A DNA stretch of 64,000 nt from Blastocystis sp. Blastoise (lineage: Eukaryota; Protista; Bigyra: Opalinata). The stretch's first letter is position 1; each line of letters opens with the position of its first letter. Shown piece by piece: positions 45,733-64,000 of this stretch. Made by a program: the position numbers and the translations under genes. The stretch covers positions 1,364,001 to 1,428,000 of the forward strand of contig JBBPEB010000009.1 of the NCBI GenBank assembly GCA_039096225.1, read 5' to 3'. A model generated the notes under the pieces. The model was not told the DNA's origin. It did not search any database and was given only the letters and a program-made list of their open reading frames with translations.

Positions 45733-46462
45733 ATGAATACAGAAGATATCGAGAAGAAGCTAGCTGAATTAAAGCCTAGTGATCCTTTACCTGAAGATTT
45801 AGATAACGTATCTTATTTATATATCGTTCAATAACTAATATAAATATATAAATATATATAGATTATCGAATCTATTTCCATTAATGGAATTAGCAATTAC
45901 CCCTGGGATACTCTTCAAAAGCTTTTAACTGAAAAGACAAGAAGAGTATATATTTGATCATTATTTATAATTATACACTCTTTTTATGAAAAATTAATAA
46001 AAAATATCATTTTTTTTAGTCTTTAAATCAATCAAATAAAATGTATCCTTTTAAAGCTCAAGATGGCAAGAGTTATGATGATCAAATCAGTGTAATTTTT
46101 GATGAATTAGAAAAACTAGAATCAATTCCTTTTACCATTCAAAGAATATGTGAATTATTAACAGAAACAAATGGAATCAATGTTTATAAGAATACAAATA
46201 AATATATTATGGCTTTACAAAAAGTATTTGTTTTTTTTTAAATTTTTGATTCTATTTATAGTGCTATTCTTATATATATATTAAATTTTATTTATTATTT
46301 TATATTTAGGTTCTTAATATCTATTTATCTGCTTCGACTTTATATAAAGAATCTCAACCCATTGTTAATTTACCTGTATATATATATATATATATATATT
46401 TATTATTCATTTAATAATTTTATTTTATATATTTTATTAATTATATAATTTATATTTTGATT

Positions 46463-46493
<31 letters not shown>

Positions 46494-46670
46494 GGGAACA
46501 ATGCCTATGTCTTTAGATCGTATATATATATTATATATATATACTATTAATCTATTTATATATATATAAATTCTATGTCTATTATTTCATTATATATTTC
46601 TGTATTACTATTTCTTTATATAGAAGTTCCTATATCTGATTTTGATCCTGAAACGAAAGCTCCTTGGTAA
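45733..46670 (+). CDS. PPP4R2: Protein phosphatase 4 regulatory subunit 2-like
   Basis: ISINGISNYPWDTLQKLL and the family signature PFTIQRICELL..YKNTNKYIMALQK|VL; six exons; TAA at 46668-70. Confidence 0.85.
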
Positions 46671-47084
46671 TTATTTTTTTATTTTTTTTATTTTGTTTTT
46701 TTTTATATTCATCTATATATATAGAATCATTTATTATTTCTCTTTATTTTTATTTTTTTTTAATATTCTATATACAAAATATGTATTTTTAATCTATCCA
46801 TTTTATATAAAATTAATTTTTGTTTTGCTTATAATTTAAAACATTTTTTTTTATATTTTTTTTTTAATTTTTTTTTTAATTTTTTTTTAAATTTTTTCTT
46901 TTCTATTGAATTAAATTAAAAAGTAAACTAAGAATTAAAATAAAGCAAACGTAGAAGATGATCAGTTAAGAATTAACATAAATAAAATTAAAAAAAAAAT
47001 ATTTTAAATAGAAAAAAAAATAGTATTCGATAAAGTAGAAACCTGATCATTCAATCAAGACACAGTTTCCACTTTTGAAAGGAA

Positions 47085-51189
<4,105 letters not shown>

Positions 51190-52396
51190 TAATTATATTT
51201 ATTTATTTATTTATTTTATATATTTTTCAATTTTTTTTATTTTTCATTTTTTTTTTATTTTTCATTTTTTTAATTTATTACAACTTGATATAATTATTTT
51301 TTATGTTTAATATTCTATAAATACTTTTATATTTTTAACAAAATTATATCCTTTATTTCCATTGTTTTTTTCCTATTATTATTTTATAGGGTTACAGTTT
51401 AATAAATATTTAATTGTTCTTTCTTTTATTTTCTTTTTGTTTCTTCTTCTTTCTTAAACTTTATTTCATTATTAGTATTCAATAACTTTCTATTCTATTA
51501 TTTTCATATTATATTCAACTTGTTTTTATTCATTATTAAATAAATTCATTTGCTTTATATATTAAATAAAACTCAAAAATATAAAATATATAAAATATAC
51601 ATATATATAAAACAATACAAATAAATTATATTATAAAATTGAATTTAAATTACAACCAGAAAAAATAAAAAACTAAATATACATATATAGAACATATATA
51701 TGTATATATTATGATATGAGGGAATCAAAACTAAAAAATAAAAACTAAAATTATTACAATAGATTTTGTTCTATATATATACATAAGAAAAAGAAAGCAA
51801 ACAGAAATTATTAAAAATATATATATAAAAAATAAATTACAAATATATAAAGTTAATCTATAAAAATTTATATTTAAGAAATATCAAAAAAAAAAACAAA
51901 AATTGAAGATCATAGAAACAATATATATATATAGTATACATATGCATATATATAAAAAAAAAATAATCTATTCAATACAAATAGATATTTAGAAAAATAA
52001 CAGAACATTCAAAAATAAATACATATTGAAATAGTATAACAAAAAAAAAACTAATAAAATATCGAAATATTTATTTTTAAAAATCATTAAAACAATGAAA
52101 ATAATTTAACATACATAATCTAATGATAATTAAAAATATATATATAATGAAAAGTAAAAAGAGATAAATAAAAAAAAAGAAAAATAAATATAAAATGTAT
52201 TATAAATAAAAAAAAATGTTCTAAATAAATAAAACCTCTTTTAGAGGATAAATATATTTAATATATATAATTAAATTACATAAAATCTATATTAAATACA
52301 AAAATATATAAAAAAAATATATATATATATATGAAATAAAGAAATTAAAAAAAAAAAGTAAAATCTATAGATAAATTATTATAAAAATAAAAATAA

Positions 52397-64000
<11,604 letters not shown>

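Overview
Very AT-rich, intron-rich eukaryotic nuclear DNA using the standard code. Introns are short GT..AG introns built from (TA)n/(TTA)n tracts, and many proteins carry poly-Asn runs. The gene content (putative-Ig/Cys-repeat membrane proteins, a TLDc protein) resembles a low-GC anaerobic protist such as a Blastocystis-like stramenopile; this is inference only. Left to right: a partial midasin-like multi-AAA gene with N-terminal ubiquitin-like domains; a block of decayed + strand genes including an alanyl-tRNA synthetase pseudogene; an intact Tc1/IS630-type DD34E transposon; a TA-TSD MITE; a frameshifted vWA gene; tRNA-Lys(CTT); a coiled-coil gene; a Myb-like gene; a 1.35-kb foldback element with an 8-bp TSD; an AMSH-like deubiquitinase; TGS1 with a probable Tudor domain; a membrane pseudo-aspartic protease; two head-to-head Ig/Cys-repeat surface proteins; PPP4R2; a cyclin-Y-like gene; and a >3,700-aa coiled-coil protein ending in TLDc. 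The strongest unexplained signal is a GC-rich quasi-palindrome, WWTTCCC(GC/GT/AC)GGWWAT. It occurs at least 17 times, mostly inside exons, in different frames and orientations, and is written with rare GC-ending synonymous codons. Most short ORFs in the supplied track are artefacts of microsatellites and introns. All exon models were assembled by eye.
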